Shown here piece after piece: positions 48,801-62,900 of a stretch of DNA of 64,000 bases. A model generated the notes under the pieces. The model saw nothing but the letters and a program-made list of their open reading frames with translations. It ran no database searches and was not told where the DNA came from. Every line of letters begins with the position of its first letter. Within the stretch, counting starts at the first letter, position 1. This DNA is from Bugula neritina. Taxonomy: Eukaryota; Animalia; Bryozoa. The DNA lies in assembly GCA_964035545.1 (NCBI GenBank), contig OZ037771.1, positions 11,660,480 through 11,724,479 of the forward strand, written 5' to 3'. The position numbers and the translations under genes are program-made.

Positions 48801-51800
48801 TAATCCTAACTTGAAGCTAGAGTTAAGCTCTTTTACAATAAGCTCTTTTTTGCATTGAGCTATTTTTTACAAACTGAAATGGTTTTCATTACCAATTATG
48901 TATATATCCTATTGTTGCTTAAAAAGCCTGTTTTAAATACATTCTGTTGTTGCAACCAAGTATTGTATATACATATTATTAACAGCCATTTTTGATAGCT
49001 AACTTTTAATTTTCTTTTAAGTTCTAAGACTTGCCTTATATCTACCATCTTCTAGTATTACCGTGTTTATCTAATGTACAGATACAATAGGGCACTTATC
49101 TAAACAGTATAACATAATGCTTACCTTGTCTACAAATATACCAAGTTCTAGATATAAGGTTCTACCAGCTGGTGGTTCAAGTCTGTAGAACTTGGGTGTC
49201 TCTACATGAACGTTTCTCTTCTCCCGGCTGTGATGAAACCTTGGCCTTGGGCTACCCGAGTCTTGAGCTTTTGATATGTTTATTCCTAACGGTATGTTGA
49301 TATGTCTTTCTGTAATAATAACAATGAACAGCTGGGAGCACACAAAAACAGCATTTCCTAACTAAAAGTTACCTTTTAACTCAAAAAACAAGTGTATAAT
49401 TTCTCATCAGTTGGTTAGACAAACTATACTGCTTATAATAGTCTGAGCTCAAGCTTATTGTGTTTTTCTTACATCATCACTAATTGAACACTTGAGCCAT
49501 GTAATACCTGCTAATACTAACTTATGCTAGGCTTTAGCAATGTATGCTGGCTGCATATTGGACTGCAGGATGTTCAATATAATGTAATTTATTAAATCTC
49601 AATAATTAGTAATAAACTAATAACTTACTGCAATATTTATAATTAAAGCATCTCCAATATAATAGAACTGCATGTTTTACCTATCACTATGTTTCCAAGC
49701 TTTGAAAAAGGCTATTTCTTAATCAATATTTGGAAACAGTTGCATCAAATGAACTCACAACTGTAGGTTCATGCAAATCTCAACCAGAAAGTCATCCATA
49801 TGGGCATCCATTCACATAGTTCAAAGTCATGGTAACACAGTACATGTTTGTTTCTTTGCTTATAATCTTATAGAAGCTACATAGTAGTTGTACTTTGGAA
49901 AATGTTTAAAATTTAATGTTTCTATAGTGTTATAGCTGTTGCTTAGCAACCCACCATATTCTTCTGTAGAGGCCATTCTAAGGTCAAGGATTTTGTGATG
50001 CAGAGACCTCTTTTTCCGAGCTCCTTTCCATCCTTTCTCAAAGATGATGTAGTCATTAACATTCGTGTTGATCATTCCATGCTAAAATATAAATATCTTT
50101 TGGTAAGCAAAAATTATGAAAGAGATCTTTGACACACACTGATGTGTAATAAAGATACAACTAGGTGTAATAAAAATACAACTAGTAGCATTATCATAAA
50201 ATTCCTAGCCGGCAATAATCAAAATAGTTTTTTAAGTAAGTAAAGTATTTTAAGCTCATCCTGAGCTTTCTATCACCTTCAGATATAGAGCTACACATTG
50301 CCACCCTAAAATACTAATTAACAACTATTAGATAAATAGTTGTTAATGCTAATTAGAATATCCTGTTATTAAATAGTTTTATCTTAGATATTTTGACATA
50401 CAACTTGGACAGTGCATAACATGAATTACCCCAACTTTAGCAGGTTTAACATAAATTGCATAATTGGATTACAACATTACATAATAAAGAGATTTTACAG
50501 TGAATGTGGGAAATAACAACATGGTGTAAATAGCTTGATCGAATAGTACACATATTTTATAGGTATAGCACCACTAGTTAAAAAGTAGCATTGTGAACTA
50601 CCTCCCCCTTCCCTTCAACTAATTTCATAGCACTAAAGTTGTGATACTTTAATACCTTGATATTGGCAAACAAAAACACCTTAAAGTTAAAACAACAATT
50701 TTAAAATATGAGAATAGAACATTGTCTTCTGCCGGATGAAAATTTACAAGCTGCCCAAAAAAAGAGAACCAACAGGCCCATTGATGAGTTAAAGATACAA
50801 ATAAAACAATCTTAAAAGTTATATCTTGCAGGTAAATTAATTATGAAAAATAAACGATCTTCAAATATTTCATTTTTCACTAAATATTTCAGTTTTCACA
50901 TTTCACTAAGCTACATAGCACACCTTTCATCAAATTAACAGAAACAAAATGTTGTCATATTTTAGAAATGGCTATAATTGTTTGCCCATTGAATGTAATA
51001 CTAATATGACAGGACAAAGCAGAGATAGGTGAGAAAATATGTAATACACTAATATAGCCAGAAACTATCTAAGTTCAAGATGGAGGAAGGCCTATATTGT
51101 ACTCACTACTTCATTGCCACACGTAGATAACGACACCATTCCATATTCTGAGTCATCTGCTCTTCCTGTACCCACGTAATAGCAATCCGATTTAGTGTTT
51201 AATATTTGTAGTTGCCTACCCTTAGTATCTCTGAAAGCGATGGTGCTTCTGTAACAAGCCAACAATAAACTGCTTTCAGAGTACACATTGATATGGCAAT
51301 GAAGTATAATAAATGCACTTTAAGGAAATGATTCTAAGGTAAAACAATGCAGTATATTGTTATATTAAATTAACATATAATATTTTAAAAGAATTCTGAT
51401 CTATTTTCATAATCATAAAAGTATTCTATTACAGGTTAATTGCTATGTAAATTATTATAGTTACTTTAAAGCTACAGACTATAATTATGGCATGTATATA
51501 GCCTATAACACTATATATTTTATAGCTTCTGTTATATATACTTTATAACTATTATTATTATTAGTTATTGCAGTTACAAAAATATACAATACAATTAAGT
51601 AATTAGCTGAAAAATTTTAATGTATTATATTATCTGTGCATAATACAAGTTTTGTGAGTATCGCACATGTTGAAAGATACAATTGCATCAGTTTGATATG
51701 TAAGAACAATGCTTGCGTAGCTATTCAATCAGCTATTTCAAAGTTATGCAATGCCTATTTGATTTTAAAGCACATGTTGCATTGATAAAGCCAATATTAG

Positions 51801-53600
51801 CCTAATTTCTACCTGTCGGTGAGAAGCAGGTTATTGGGAGTAAGATCAACTGTCCATCTTTTACCAAAGGCTACAAACTTCAGCTGCAGACTCTCATTGT
51901 TTGAGTTGTTTAAAGCAGTAGACAAATCTAGGGTCTCTTTGAATGGTGGCACTGTATACATTGTATATATGTATATATAATTACAGACAATATACTAGTA
52001 TTATCTAAGAAAATGAAGTGGCAAAATAATGTAAAACAAATCATTAGTCTATTTTCTCAATGCACGTACGGTAGCTATTAAAAAGAATATTAACTTTCAT
52101 AGCATGTTGCTTCTGGCATGCGCTGAACACAAAAAAAACAGAACAAAAAGAAAACATTCAAACAGTATATCAATCAAACAGTGGAACAGCTACATTTAAA
52201 GGAAACATCTACACTATAATTTATTATGAGAAAAACAGCTATAAACTATTATATACTATAAGAGAAAACAGCTACACTATATTATACTATGAGGGAAACA
52301 GCTACACTATAAGGGAAACAGTTACACTATATATTGTGAAAGAACCAAATCAAAGTGACTAAACCATAATATAATATAAGGAAAAGCGGCCATAAAACTG
52401 ACTCTGCATTCACTCAATTAAATACTTACGTATCTGAGACCGGAAGTGCCCTGCAATAAGATGAGTCATGTTAGCAGCAGCAGACAAACATAACAGTCTA
52501 ATCTTCAATAGAATATTCACCAAGGTCTATAATAGCTGAACTGCTATCACAATACCAGCGTTGTCCTAAGGTCTCAGATAGCATGGAAGTAATTATAGCA
52601 TAAGCTGGCCAAGAAAAAGAATTTGGAGTTGTGCCACTTACAGTCAAAGCTGATAGATCTTCCCATAAACTGTATCCCCAGACTAGGATATGCCTAAAAA
52701 ATTATTGTTACTGGATAAACATTACCTAAAATCTATAAGTAAGTTAATTAACAGAAAATAAGTAAACCTTGTCATAATACAATATATTATAAGAATGCAA
52801 TTACTATTTTATATAATTATTATAACATACTACATAGTATGATATTATATTATGTTATATATATTGTATTATATTATTTTACAGTATTGTGTAATATACT
52901 GTTTTAGATTATATTATATTTTTTAATATATTATATTACATAATATATTCCCCAAATATATAATGAACATAAAATCTTATAGAAGCATAAGCCTGACTAT
53001 ATCAGAAACATGCAGCTGCTTTACTTTTTCTTGCTCATCAAAGCCTCTTTATTACATACTCAGATATAATCATCTATAGATATTTTTCAAACTTAAAAAT
53101 GTTTAAATTGTTTTACTGAGCATACATTTATTTTAGTGTATCCTTTCAATGTTTCTTTGCCAGCTTGTTAGAATACATAATATTAATTTATATAATAACA
53201 TAGAGGCTTGTTGAATGTAATTTATTTTTCTAATAAAATATATTATATTGTATTATAAACTGAATTTGTAACATAACATGATTCTGGTTTTAAATTAGGT
53301 ATTTGAACAGCTTTTAGTTGCAATCCAAAAAAAGCTGAATTTTATCATTTCTAGACCTTAAATTCCTATAATAAAGTTTCTAACATTCTATTATAGTTGA
53401 GGAAATTACAATACATTTTTAATTAATGGCTGTAAGGTAAGTGAGAGAGGGTTGAGTTGCCATTATGAAGCCCTTCCATTAGTTGCAATGACACTCAACA
53501 AACTATAGTATTTATATTTCATACTAAAATGCCTCACCAAGTACAGGAGTAAAATAGCCAGGAAGCTGGTGGGCAGAACAGATGGTGAGTTTCCATACAT
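36807..53600 (-). CDS. Secreted ADAM/ADAMTS-like (M12B reprolysin) metalloprotease with an F-type lectin domain and six ShK domains separated by Thr/Ser-rich linkers; about 1213 aa, 22 exons
   Basis: Exons (all GT-AG, phases consistent): 53600-53538, 52693-52642, 52450-52430, 51951-51813, 51248-51107, 50081-49955, 49309-49125, 48646-48566, 48110-48003, 47146-47061, 46179-46145, 45797-45683, 45213-45011, 44437-44321, 43741-43616, 43066-42983, 42224-42096, 40925-40710, 39940-39425, 38826-38216, 37889-37637, 37039-36807. Signal peptide FLAILLLYLA; prodomain LQLKFVAFGK, CYYVG, VSLSTC; furin site REKR; LYLELGIFVD; HEAMHPLGVRDD; Met-turn GIMR; WSLCS; lectin motifs CTHT and NRDDCCDDRL; ShK CPKSCGxC repeats. 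The three N-terminal exons are less certain. Confidence 0.85.
38906..39020 (+). repeat. Short dispersed repeat; second copy at about 49729-49841 in another intron of the same gene
   Basis: Shared tttggaaacagttgcatc.aatgaa...gcatccatt...aacacagt. Confidence 0.6.
41152..41712 (+). repeat. Tandem array of three tRNA-derived (Pol III A/B-box) units, period about 225 bp
   Basis: tRNA-like heads at about 41175-41246, 41391-41463 and 41626-41698 with A-box TRGYGTARTGG and B-box GTTCGAATCCC, plus shared tail sequence between heads. Confidence 0.75.
46443..47052. repeat. 29-bp minisatellite (about 21 copies) in a metalloprotease intron
   Basis: Unit agtaatactgtaagtatagtaatgtgttt. Confidence 0.95.
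47486..47820. mobile_element. Foldback/MULE-like non-autonomous element with a telomere-like core
   Basis: Direct repeat taatagtga at 47477-47485 and 47821-47829 (candidate 9-bp TSD); modular inverted arms (aatggcacaggtaat.../...attacttgtgcc); central ccctaaaccc repeats. Confidence 0.55.
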
Positions 53601-56600
53601 CCTGTGCATTGTCTACCAGAGAGTATATAGTTCTGTCACATCTGCTGGAACACATGTATGATGTGTTTAGTTCTAATAGACATGATAATTTATAGATAAG
53701 TAAATCAGACTGCACGGAGTTATAATATTAATACTTTAATAAAGATACATGGTAATACAAACCATATAAATCATATATAACTATAATGTAATTTTATATG
53801 GAGCATAACCTAAATTGGGTGGAAGCCATGAAGCTTTAAACCGTTTGATTGCTTACAGTTGATATACCTGGCGAATAAAGGTAATAATGAAAATATGTCA
53901 CGGCAGTATAGATCGCAATGAGAAGGATAGGCCTATAGTGACCTTGGACCTTATCCTTCACAGTATTAGATTTATTGCAACTGTGCAGCCATATAGCTAT
54001 TCACCAGTCACCAAAATTCTAGGCTATTTACATGAAGTGATTACATAGGACTGTTGAAGTATTATATAAATAATTATATATTTTTAAATCATTTATAAGT
54101 TGCAATTCAATTGACTTACTCAGTTCACTTCTTGGTCTTTTTTTAATTAAAAAGCTATTATTAGTAATAATCATATTAATTGATTTTCTTACAAATTTGA
54201 GCTTTTATTGCTACACAAACTGTGAAAAAGAGTTAACTATTTTTACTCACCCACGAATAGCCACAGTAGCTAACAGCTTTCTTTCAAGTCTTTGTTCAAA
54301 ATATCAGCAAGAAACTTACCGGAGGTTAACATTTTAAATGTTGCAAAATATTCTCCTCTTGCAGTTATTCTGTTCTTTAACCGACTTTTCCAATCAATTC
54401 AGCACCTGATTTCAAACAAGAATGATGAAACATGTGTTTCACTTCTCATTACTCAGCGAAGCGTAAACAGCTGTCTGTCTGTTTAGGTTCAAACAGCTGT
54501 ATAAGAATTATATTTTATCTTCTCTTGATTAGGTAATTAGTTACGCTGACCCTAGCTAAAACCTCACTTAATTGCTTTTACTGTAATAGCAAGGCAGGCT
54601 AACACCCTTTCAATTTATTGATGCACAATAAATACAGTAATTAGAAATAATTTTTCCATCCTGCTTACATGCCTGTATAAATTGTATACTGCATTAACTT
54701 GTAAATATTACATGAAGCATATAAGTCTAATTTGCTTTACCATATACTATGTTGTGGGCTGTGTAAGATAGCTCTATCATACTCAAGTTAATAATTAGAG
54801 CATTGCATATATTGAGATTCATTTTTATTCTTTTATTTCTCAGTTCTACTGCTGGGCTTCGCTTGACTTTTTAAAAAATGCTTCTACTATCGTTTGTTAT
54901 CTCCCTACTATCATCAGTTTAGCAACTTATATGCACAATAATAAAATTCTTCACATACAATAGTCTGTGAATGAGTCTTGCATGAGATACAAGCAGCAGA
55001 AAATTGCCAGACACAGAAACGTGACAGAAATGAAATAATCAATGTTGCTAAAATTCTATTGACCAATCAAATGGTGCTTATTGTTAATTGGGATTTTTCG
55101 TCCATCGTCTTCGGTGGGTGCACCCAGCAAACACTGTTTCGTTTGAATTTCCTCAAATTTGATCTGAATTTGTATTTTCGTGTCAAATAAATGATTTCGT
55201 GTGATTCTCACATGTGTGTGGCCAGGCCTTTATAGAAAATTGTGGAGGATTAATAATTATATCGGCTAAAATAATTATAAGTGTTGTAAAAATGGCACAT
55301 TTCAACAAATTCTCTAAGCATTCATAATTTTACTAAAGCCCTGTCTTGCTATAATACAGTGAATTTATACAACAACTATATAAGACAAGGGTATGGAGTA
55401 GGACTGAGCAGTGTATATTATGTATATAGTTGGTAGTTAATAATAAAACATATATAAGTCTATTTTGTTAATCTGTCATAAACACACTGAAGCTGAAACT
55501 TGCCTGTTCTGATAGCCCTGCCCTCTTCACCGTGCCCAGGGGTGCTTACTATCTTTATTTCTCGTTTATAGGAGGTAAAACAGCAAAATAATATTAATTT
55601 TATGAATTTAAATAATATACTAATTTGAGAAATGTTTGTTTCTGAACAAGTTAACAATTTTTTTTATTATTTTTATGTAATTTACTATATTATTATAAAA
55701 AGCATTGTTATAAGCTATAATATCTATAGTGAAGCAATCAATTAACTCAAGAACTAGAAGGTTTGTATGCTGTTTAATATAGTAGTAAACAATCTAAAGT
55801 GCTAAAATTTTCAGACTTGCACTGACTGCTTTCAAGTCAATTGTTTGGTTGGATTGGAGAAGACCATTGAATATAAAAATGTATAACTGTGGAGTGATCA
55901 TGAGGAGACAACCTCTTCATAGCAACACATTCTGATCTACTCTTTAACTTTCCAATAAAAATAACTCTAATTACTTTTGTCCTCTAAAATATTTATGGTA
56001 AGTCAGATATGTAAACAACAAATTAATTAATCTTAGAGCAAGAACTTAAACTCACAGCTTCCTCATAAAAAAGTTACAAGTTCTAATTCAACATTTAGAA
56101 GTTGTCTTTTCATTGAATGATGGGACTTGACCTGTGGTTCTTTTACAAGAATAATCTTCCAAGGTAGGATAACTCTTGAGTGCTGCTTGCACTAACTGGT
56201 TATTAGGCTAATGCATTTCATGTAGTTAAAGGTACTTGTAAGCTATTATAAATATTTTGTGCTGTTAGCACAGTAACCAATTATTAGGCTTCTGCGTTGC
56301 ATGCACTTAGCAATACAAGGTATGATAAACCTTGTATGCCGGTAGGCGTATCCAAATGTTAGGCTGTTGTGTTGTATACTTAATAGTTTGTAAAAAACTA
56401 AGGGCCTTTCATACTATCCGCAGCTTTGCATAAGTGCTTTTATTGATTAGTGCTGTTGACTGTGTAGACCAGAGCTGTTCAACAGGGGGCTCTGGCCTAC
56501 ATTTATGTGGACGTCAAAGGCATAAAAAAATAGTTTTTTGCATGCCTGTATGAATCATCTTTTAAATGCTGCCAAACATGCAAACTGCAGCAATTATTGA

Positions 56601-59493
56601 GACTTTATTGTGTAATGATTTATAGGAATTTGACATAAGGTAATTTGAAAAATACTGATGCTAGCTGTGGCCCCCAGCTCAAGCTAAAGTTTAAAAAGTG
56701 ACTTAAATATTCTATTTAAGTTGCCGTCACTCTGTAAAAGTCGGAAACTCTATTTATCGGCAATATGGTAATGATAATTTATATGCACAATGTCAGGTGC
56801 CTCAGGTGCTCTATTCACTATGTCAGGCGTGTCAGATATTATATGCACTGTGCCATGGCAGGTGTCTCAGGTGCTCTATGCACTGTCTCAAGTAAAAGAG
56901 GAAGCATTTTTGCACCTGAAATTTTACAATATTGCTTATGCAACCCAGTATTTTTTGCCGATTATAAGTATTTACCCAAAATTTGAGTAGCAAGACTGTT
57001 CAAAACCACGTATGTTGGTCAACTTTGAAATCACGCAATACGTTGGAATTTTCCCTAAAATTCTCAGTAAACTTTTGCTGCTAGTTAATTAGTTTAGGTC
57101 AGTTACATATTATTTAATTACATGAGCCCTTGACTTTTTTTAAATTTGTTAAAAAGCTAAATTTCAAAATCGAAATCTCTGCTACTGTATTTCAAATTGA
57201 GTCAGCTTCTTACAATGCTTCAAAAGTGACTGAAATAATAAAAACGCAACCAATTCTTTTCCCTTATATACCATACTGTGTTTAAATTAGAAATGAGCAA
57301 TATTTATGAATTAATGTAAGCTCTCTGAAATTGTTTCACAAGTGTGTTATTAAATTTAGCCATAAATAGTTTGCTTTATTTAGATAAAGGAAGTTCCTTT
57401 AGCTTTCTCTATAGACTGCTAAACTATAACGTCCTTGTGACTTATATAGTTAGTCGTTGAAAATAATTTTTATACTTTGGATAATTTTCCATATTCAATT
57501 CAGCTGGTTTAGAGTTTTCTAACAATAGGCTATAAAATGAAAAAATTAAATATTATCATGTAAAATATAAATGCAAATTTTTTAAGAATAAATTAACCAA
57601 GTAATTAATCTTAAGCTCTAACAGATATTTAAAAACCGAATATTTTATGCTGTACATCTACGTGATCTTTGTGCTTAATTTTTGTTCTGTCAATTAGTAT
57701 TGCTAGTTTAGAATGCAACAGCTTATTTTTGCTTAAGGTAGTCTAAAAAATATCTTATTAGAGAAAAAAATGAAAAACAGTTATGCCGGCCAGTTTATAA
57801 ATGTACCTTAAAGGATTGCTCAATCTTAGTTTACTACAATCACATTATAATTATGAACTATAATCTAATGTGTATGCAAACAATTGTGGCTTTGCAAAGG
57901 GATATGTGCCTAGAAAACAGCTTTTCAAAATTCCAATTTTGAAGGAGGTAAAATTTTCAGCCAGCCTAATAAGTGACGTGTGGACGCCAGTAACTATGCT
58001 GCACGTGCTAACTATAACCCTAGTATTCAAGGTTGCTGGGCACAATATCAACCAATAACGCTCAAGCAGTTACAGTGCGCTATATAGGTCAGCTTTGGTG
58101 TGCCCGTAATATTGCACAATCTGACCTAGTTTAGATCGATCGCAGGCATTCATCCTAAAGAATGCATGTTTTTGCAAGGCTTTTTTCTAATGTTTACCAG
58201 CAAAATATAGCCTAATGTTATCACATACATGTTATTTAAAATGTCAAAAAACTAAAGATTGAGATAATTCACATTTGCACTTCTATAAATATACAAATTA
58301 CAAGCTAAAAGATTACATCTCGCAGTCATATTTCTATAGTTATTCATTTGTATAGTCACGTGACCAGCAGGAATGCTGGCGCTGTTACTTCACATTTCCC
58401 AGCTCATTTCAAAATCGGCGTTTTGGCTGTTACCAATCTACACCCTCAACTTCAACTAACTTTTTCTACCTTTGGTCAAATGCTTTTTGTCAATGCATGC
58501 TTAGAAAAACACAATATTATGTGTGTTTGACCTAAATGGCCATTTATTAGACAAGATAGAGCAATCCTATAAAGCTTTCATTTTCAAACATTGCATAAAG
58601 CTTTGCTAGCAGCTTTAAACACCAGCTGTGCATAAAGTAGTTTGCGTTCAGCTGAAGTTCTTCTAAATTATAGAGCAGGCGGGCTATTTATTTTAATAAG
58701 TAGGCACCTGTGGATAAGTTGGTTCTCGTTACAGTGGCGACAAGTAAATTAAAATTATATGACAGCTTGAAATGTTGCATAACAGTTTATTCGCGGCAAA
58801 CTGATAACAAATAAAACTTTGAAACGAGTTTGAAAACAGCATGGGATTTTAAACGGTGTCATTCCAGTTGGGCTAAACTGCCTAGTTATAAGTTTCCCAC
58901 AGAGACAATTCCTACATATAGTTAAATGCTATTCGAATTTATTTCAGTACAATACCTGCATTTTATATACAATTTATTTAAACATTTGAAACTGCTCTAT
59001 GTAGAAAGTTATTATAACAGCCCCTACAGAATTTTTATGAATATATAAGCTCAAAATGAATGGAAATAATAATATTCTGATTAGAATTTAATGCTTCCAT
59101 TTGCTCAGCTAACCTAAACAACAGCTCTTTAGCTTTAAAGACAGCATCGCAATACTTTATAGTAAAACTGCATACACCTCGTTTCCATGATATGTTTTAA
59201 AGAATTTTTATTGACCTCATGAAAATAGTTGCATAGGAGCTAAACCACAAATGCAATCTATTTGAGTCACAACCTGAAAAAGTTTCCATTTGCATTAAGC
59301 TCAGCTTGAGAAGGGATTCTTTGATTAAATTGAATGAAACATTTTGTTTTAGAGGCAGAGATTGGTGTATATGGGAGAACTGTAGCTGGAGTTCTGGGAT
59401 ATAAGCAATAATTATAAGTTGACACCTACGATAAAGTGCAGCTCATACCATAATAATTTGAATTATTTTAAGTATTTTAGCAGCTTTTATATA

Positions 59494-60788
59494 GGGGTAA
59501 GGGGGGGGGGCACAACGGGCTGAATTTTGCATTTGTTGCTCTCATTTGTCTGTTTTTCAAGTTACTAGTTCAATAATCTCTAGTCTTAATGCTACATCTG
59601 TTGTCTATTACAGGTACCAGTTTGTTGTTATTATCTCTTTCACAACTTTCAGAATAATGAAATTTTCATGACGAAAAAATTGGCCCATTGTGCTCGGTAC
59701 CGGGGTACAATGGGCCACTGGGTGGGACACAACAAATATATTGGAATTTTGTGTATTTTGTTATATCTGATCTTTATTTATTTAATAATACACATAAATA
59801 AAGATACTCTTTCAGATCTACAGCAAAATTCATGTTTTAGCTGTACAGTTTGTGCCACCACGGATAGCAGAGGAAGGCAAAATCAAACGCACGTCACTCG
59901 GTTCTGCAGTGCCATTATCATTACTGTTTTAAAACTAAAAATGTTTTGTTATTTTCACTTCAGAGCAACGTTTATTAAAAAAAACTTTGCTAAAATGTAC
60001 TACAAAATTCTGAGTGGACTTTTTTCAATGAACTGTAGCTAAGGTGCATGCATGACTGAGGTTTGTGACTGGAGTACGGAAGAGAGGGGGGGGGGAGCGA
60101 ATGAGCAAATCACAATTTATTTCAGTCAAATGCATGTGTATTCCCTCAATGATGTAATATATAATGATTATCATGACTATCTACTAGTAGCAACAGCAGA
60201 GTGTTTTGTATTATGTATAAAATGGCAAAGCTTTAACCTCACCAGATGTATATATTAGGGGAGCTTCACCTTGTAGTTTTGTAGTCTTACCATGATGTCT
60301 TTGATATTTTAAAAAAAGGTCAGAAATGGCTATATCTATATATTTTAGTAACAGTTCAACCAACTTTTTGGGTAAACAAACTAATAACAGTAATCAGGGT
60401 GCAATAATCAGATGGCCCATTGTTCCCCGTGTGGCCAAATTGAAAATAAATGTGCCTCAAGGAAAATTTATTTTAGTGTTTGCTGTTATACTAGTTAAGC
60501 ATTGTAGAGACAAGCAATGACAACAATATTAGTAAAATCTAGGCTTCTTGCCTTTGAGTGTAAAAAGTTATAAGGCTTCAACGACATCCCAAAAATTTAC
60601 AAAAAGTAGGTAAAAACAGTTTTTACTCGCCTTTTCAACACGTATGTTCCGTAAGTGTTGAAACTACAAAGGCTGAATAATTATGTCAATATCCTTCTAT
60701 GAAAAAAAAAATCACAATTCTAAGTCAATAAGTTCTTTCACAATTTGGCCGGCTTTTTGTACCCCTATGACCGTTGTTCCCCTGTTAC

Positions 60789-60791
<3 letters not shown>
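59494..60791. mobile_element. About 1.3 kb non-autonomous TIR DNA transposon with TA flanks
   Basis: Imperfect TIRs ggggtaa..caacgg / ccgttg..ttacccc with TA on both sides; internal repeats ggcccattgt / acaatgggcc; no transposase ORF. Confidence 0.65.

Positions 60792-60875
<84 letters not shown>
60792..60875. repeat. (TA)n microsatellite, about 42 units
   Basis: Direct reading. Confidence 0.98.
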
Positions 60876-60880
<5 letters not shown>

Positions 60881-60882
<2 letters not shown>

Positions 60883-61040
60883 CAGCCGCGGTCTAGGGGT
60901 TAAAGCGTTTGCTCTGTGAACACAAAGTCATGGGTTTGACCCCCCCCCCCACAAAGGCCATTGGTGATTTTAGGAAAAGCATTCAATCGCAATTGTACCT
61001 GTGCCTCATCTAAACAAGTCCTTATAGCCAGTTAATCTAA
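60881..61040 (+). mobile_element. Degenerate tRNA-derived SINE head
   Basis: A-box-like gcggtctaggggtt and B-box-like gggtttgaccc at tRNA-like spacing. Confidence 0.4.
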
Positions 61041-62309
61041 CAAAAACTCTTTCTATCTGGGATTTCTCACAGGGATGGCCGCTATAAACTTTAGCGAGTC
61101 TGGTTTCTAATGATCCTATGAAACGATACAAATTTTCATTGAGCTGAAGCATTCTCAAGGTAACAATAAATTAGCAGCTATTTTGTTTAGAAAATTTGAA
61201 TTACTCTTAAGCTTTGGTTTACCAGTCATGCTAATTTAGGTTACGATTAGTTTATGCATTTTTTATTTATAAAAAACTGAATTAAACTTTTTTGCGTTTA
61301 ATAAATTTAATCTAGCAAAACTCGGGGCAGAAACAACGGGGAAATTATCATTGGGTGTTAGCACCGGCTCGATGTAGGCAAAATTGACTTAAATTCTGGA
61401 GTTGTCGTTTTAGGAAACGACAAATTTACACGGATTGTGAGGAGGGTGTGGTTTTCCTTTCATGTAGTCCATTTGAGCATTCGTGTGGATTTATTCACCT
61501 CTATGTGGTAGTGAAAATGTGGTGGTGTGTGTACATACTTAAAGTATCAGCTTATCACTTTCTCAGAACACAAGTTTAGATTTTACTTAGCTTGAGTTGA
61601 TAACCTTTGGTTTGTTATTTGATTCTGGAATCTAGATCATAATTGCTTTACATTTAAGGATGCAGACAACTTCTGTTACCAACACCTCATAAAAACAAAA
61701 GTATCAATATAATATGCACTTACCTTTCTACTATATTATATGCTGAAGTCCGACATTTCTATATTAACAATAAATTGGTAACAGCTTCAATTATTACTTT
61801 TTTAGTTTTTAAAAAAAGCTAAAATCGGTTCTAAGGGCCATTGAATTGCATTTTCTTTTCACCAAACATTTTTTTTTAACATCTAAAAGAGATGGGTTAT
61901 TGTCTCCTCTTTTTGCAGTTTAACTACTATACCAGTGTGCTTAATCTCAAATTATTCAAAAATGTCCCCAGCACTATTTATAGAAGTTCATGTACATACT
62001 TATATGTGGTAGCTTGGTTTGTGTAAATCTGAATTTTATTTCTACCTATAATTGATGTTTGCCAGCAACGCTTAACTGACAGCTTGTGAGTATCCAGAAC
62101 TTTCCATACCTTCCAGAACTTTTTACACTCTTTCCCGGAGGTCTTGGAACTTGACCCAATTAGGATCAAGATCAAGATATGGGTGAATATTATACTTTGT
62201 TGTCATTCCAGGTAGCTGCTTCTCAGATAAAAGCTTATAAGCTAAATCTTTTACATTTAGATGCTTCTCTTTTGGCTACTTATTAATTTTGGTACAATCT
62301 GTGTATTTT

Positions 62310-62445
62310 ATGACACCAAAACAAAAAAGTATAGGTTTCATTCCAAAACTTAAAACCAGACCAAACCTAAAACTCTATAGAGTCTTAGGTTTGGTCTGGT
62401 TTTAAGTTCTGGAATGAAACCTATACTTTCTTGTTTTGGTGTCAT
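62310..62445. repeat. Spacerless 136-bp palindrome (68-bp arms, 3 mismatches)
   Basis: atgacaccaaaac...actcta|tagagt...gttttggtgtcat, centred at 62377/62378. Confidence 0.95.
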
Positions 62446-62856
62446 TCAAATATACACTTAAAAATTTTAACAATGTGGCCATTTGTAGACAGTCCTACAT
62501 TTGCGTAGAATATAAATAGCTAAAAAGATTTTACTAAAAGTCGTCATTAGAAGTTAAACGAAATCCCATGATTGCTTTTTTCAAGCTGTGCAAAAGTGTT
62601 ATAGCAGCTGTTAGGATGAGAGTACACTAAACGCCTGCTGATACTACTTCTGCTACGTACTCTGAATTATCAACAGGAGCCATCATAAATATTTAAAAAC
62701 AAATAATAATTATATTATGAGCTTCTAATCTCAGTTCACATATTAGCTGTCTGTTGTATAAAAGCTACAAAGGTTTGCATTCTATTACAATGTAGACTTG
62801 TTCTCTCACACGATGTATGTATGACGTTCCGGTCTTCTGGCAACTTGCTTTTTAAC

Positions 62857-62900
62857 AACATTACAGGATGGTTATGCATGCATAACCATCCTGTAATGTT
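62857..62900. repeat. Perfect 44-bp palindrome
   Basis: aacattacaggatggttatgca|tgcataaccatcctgtaatgtt. Confidence 0.95.
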
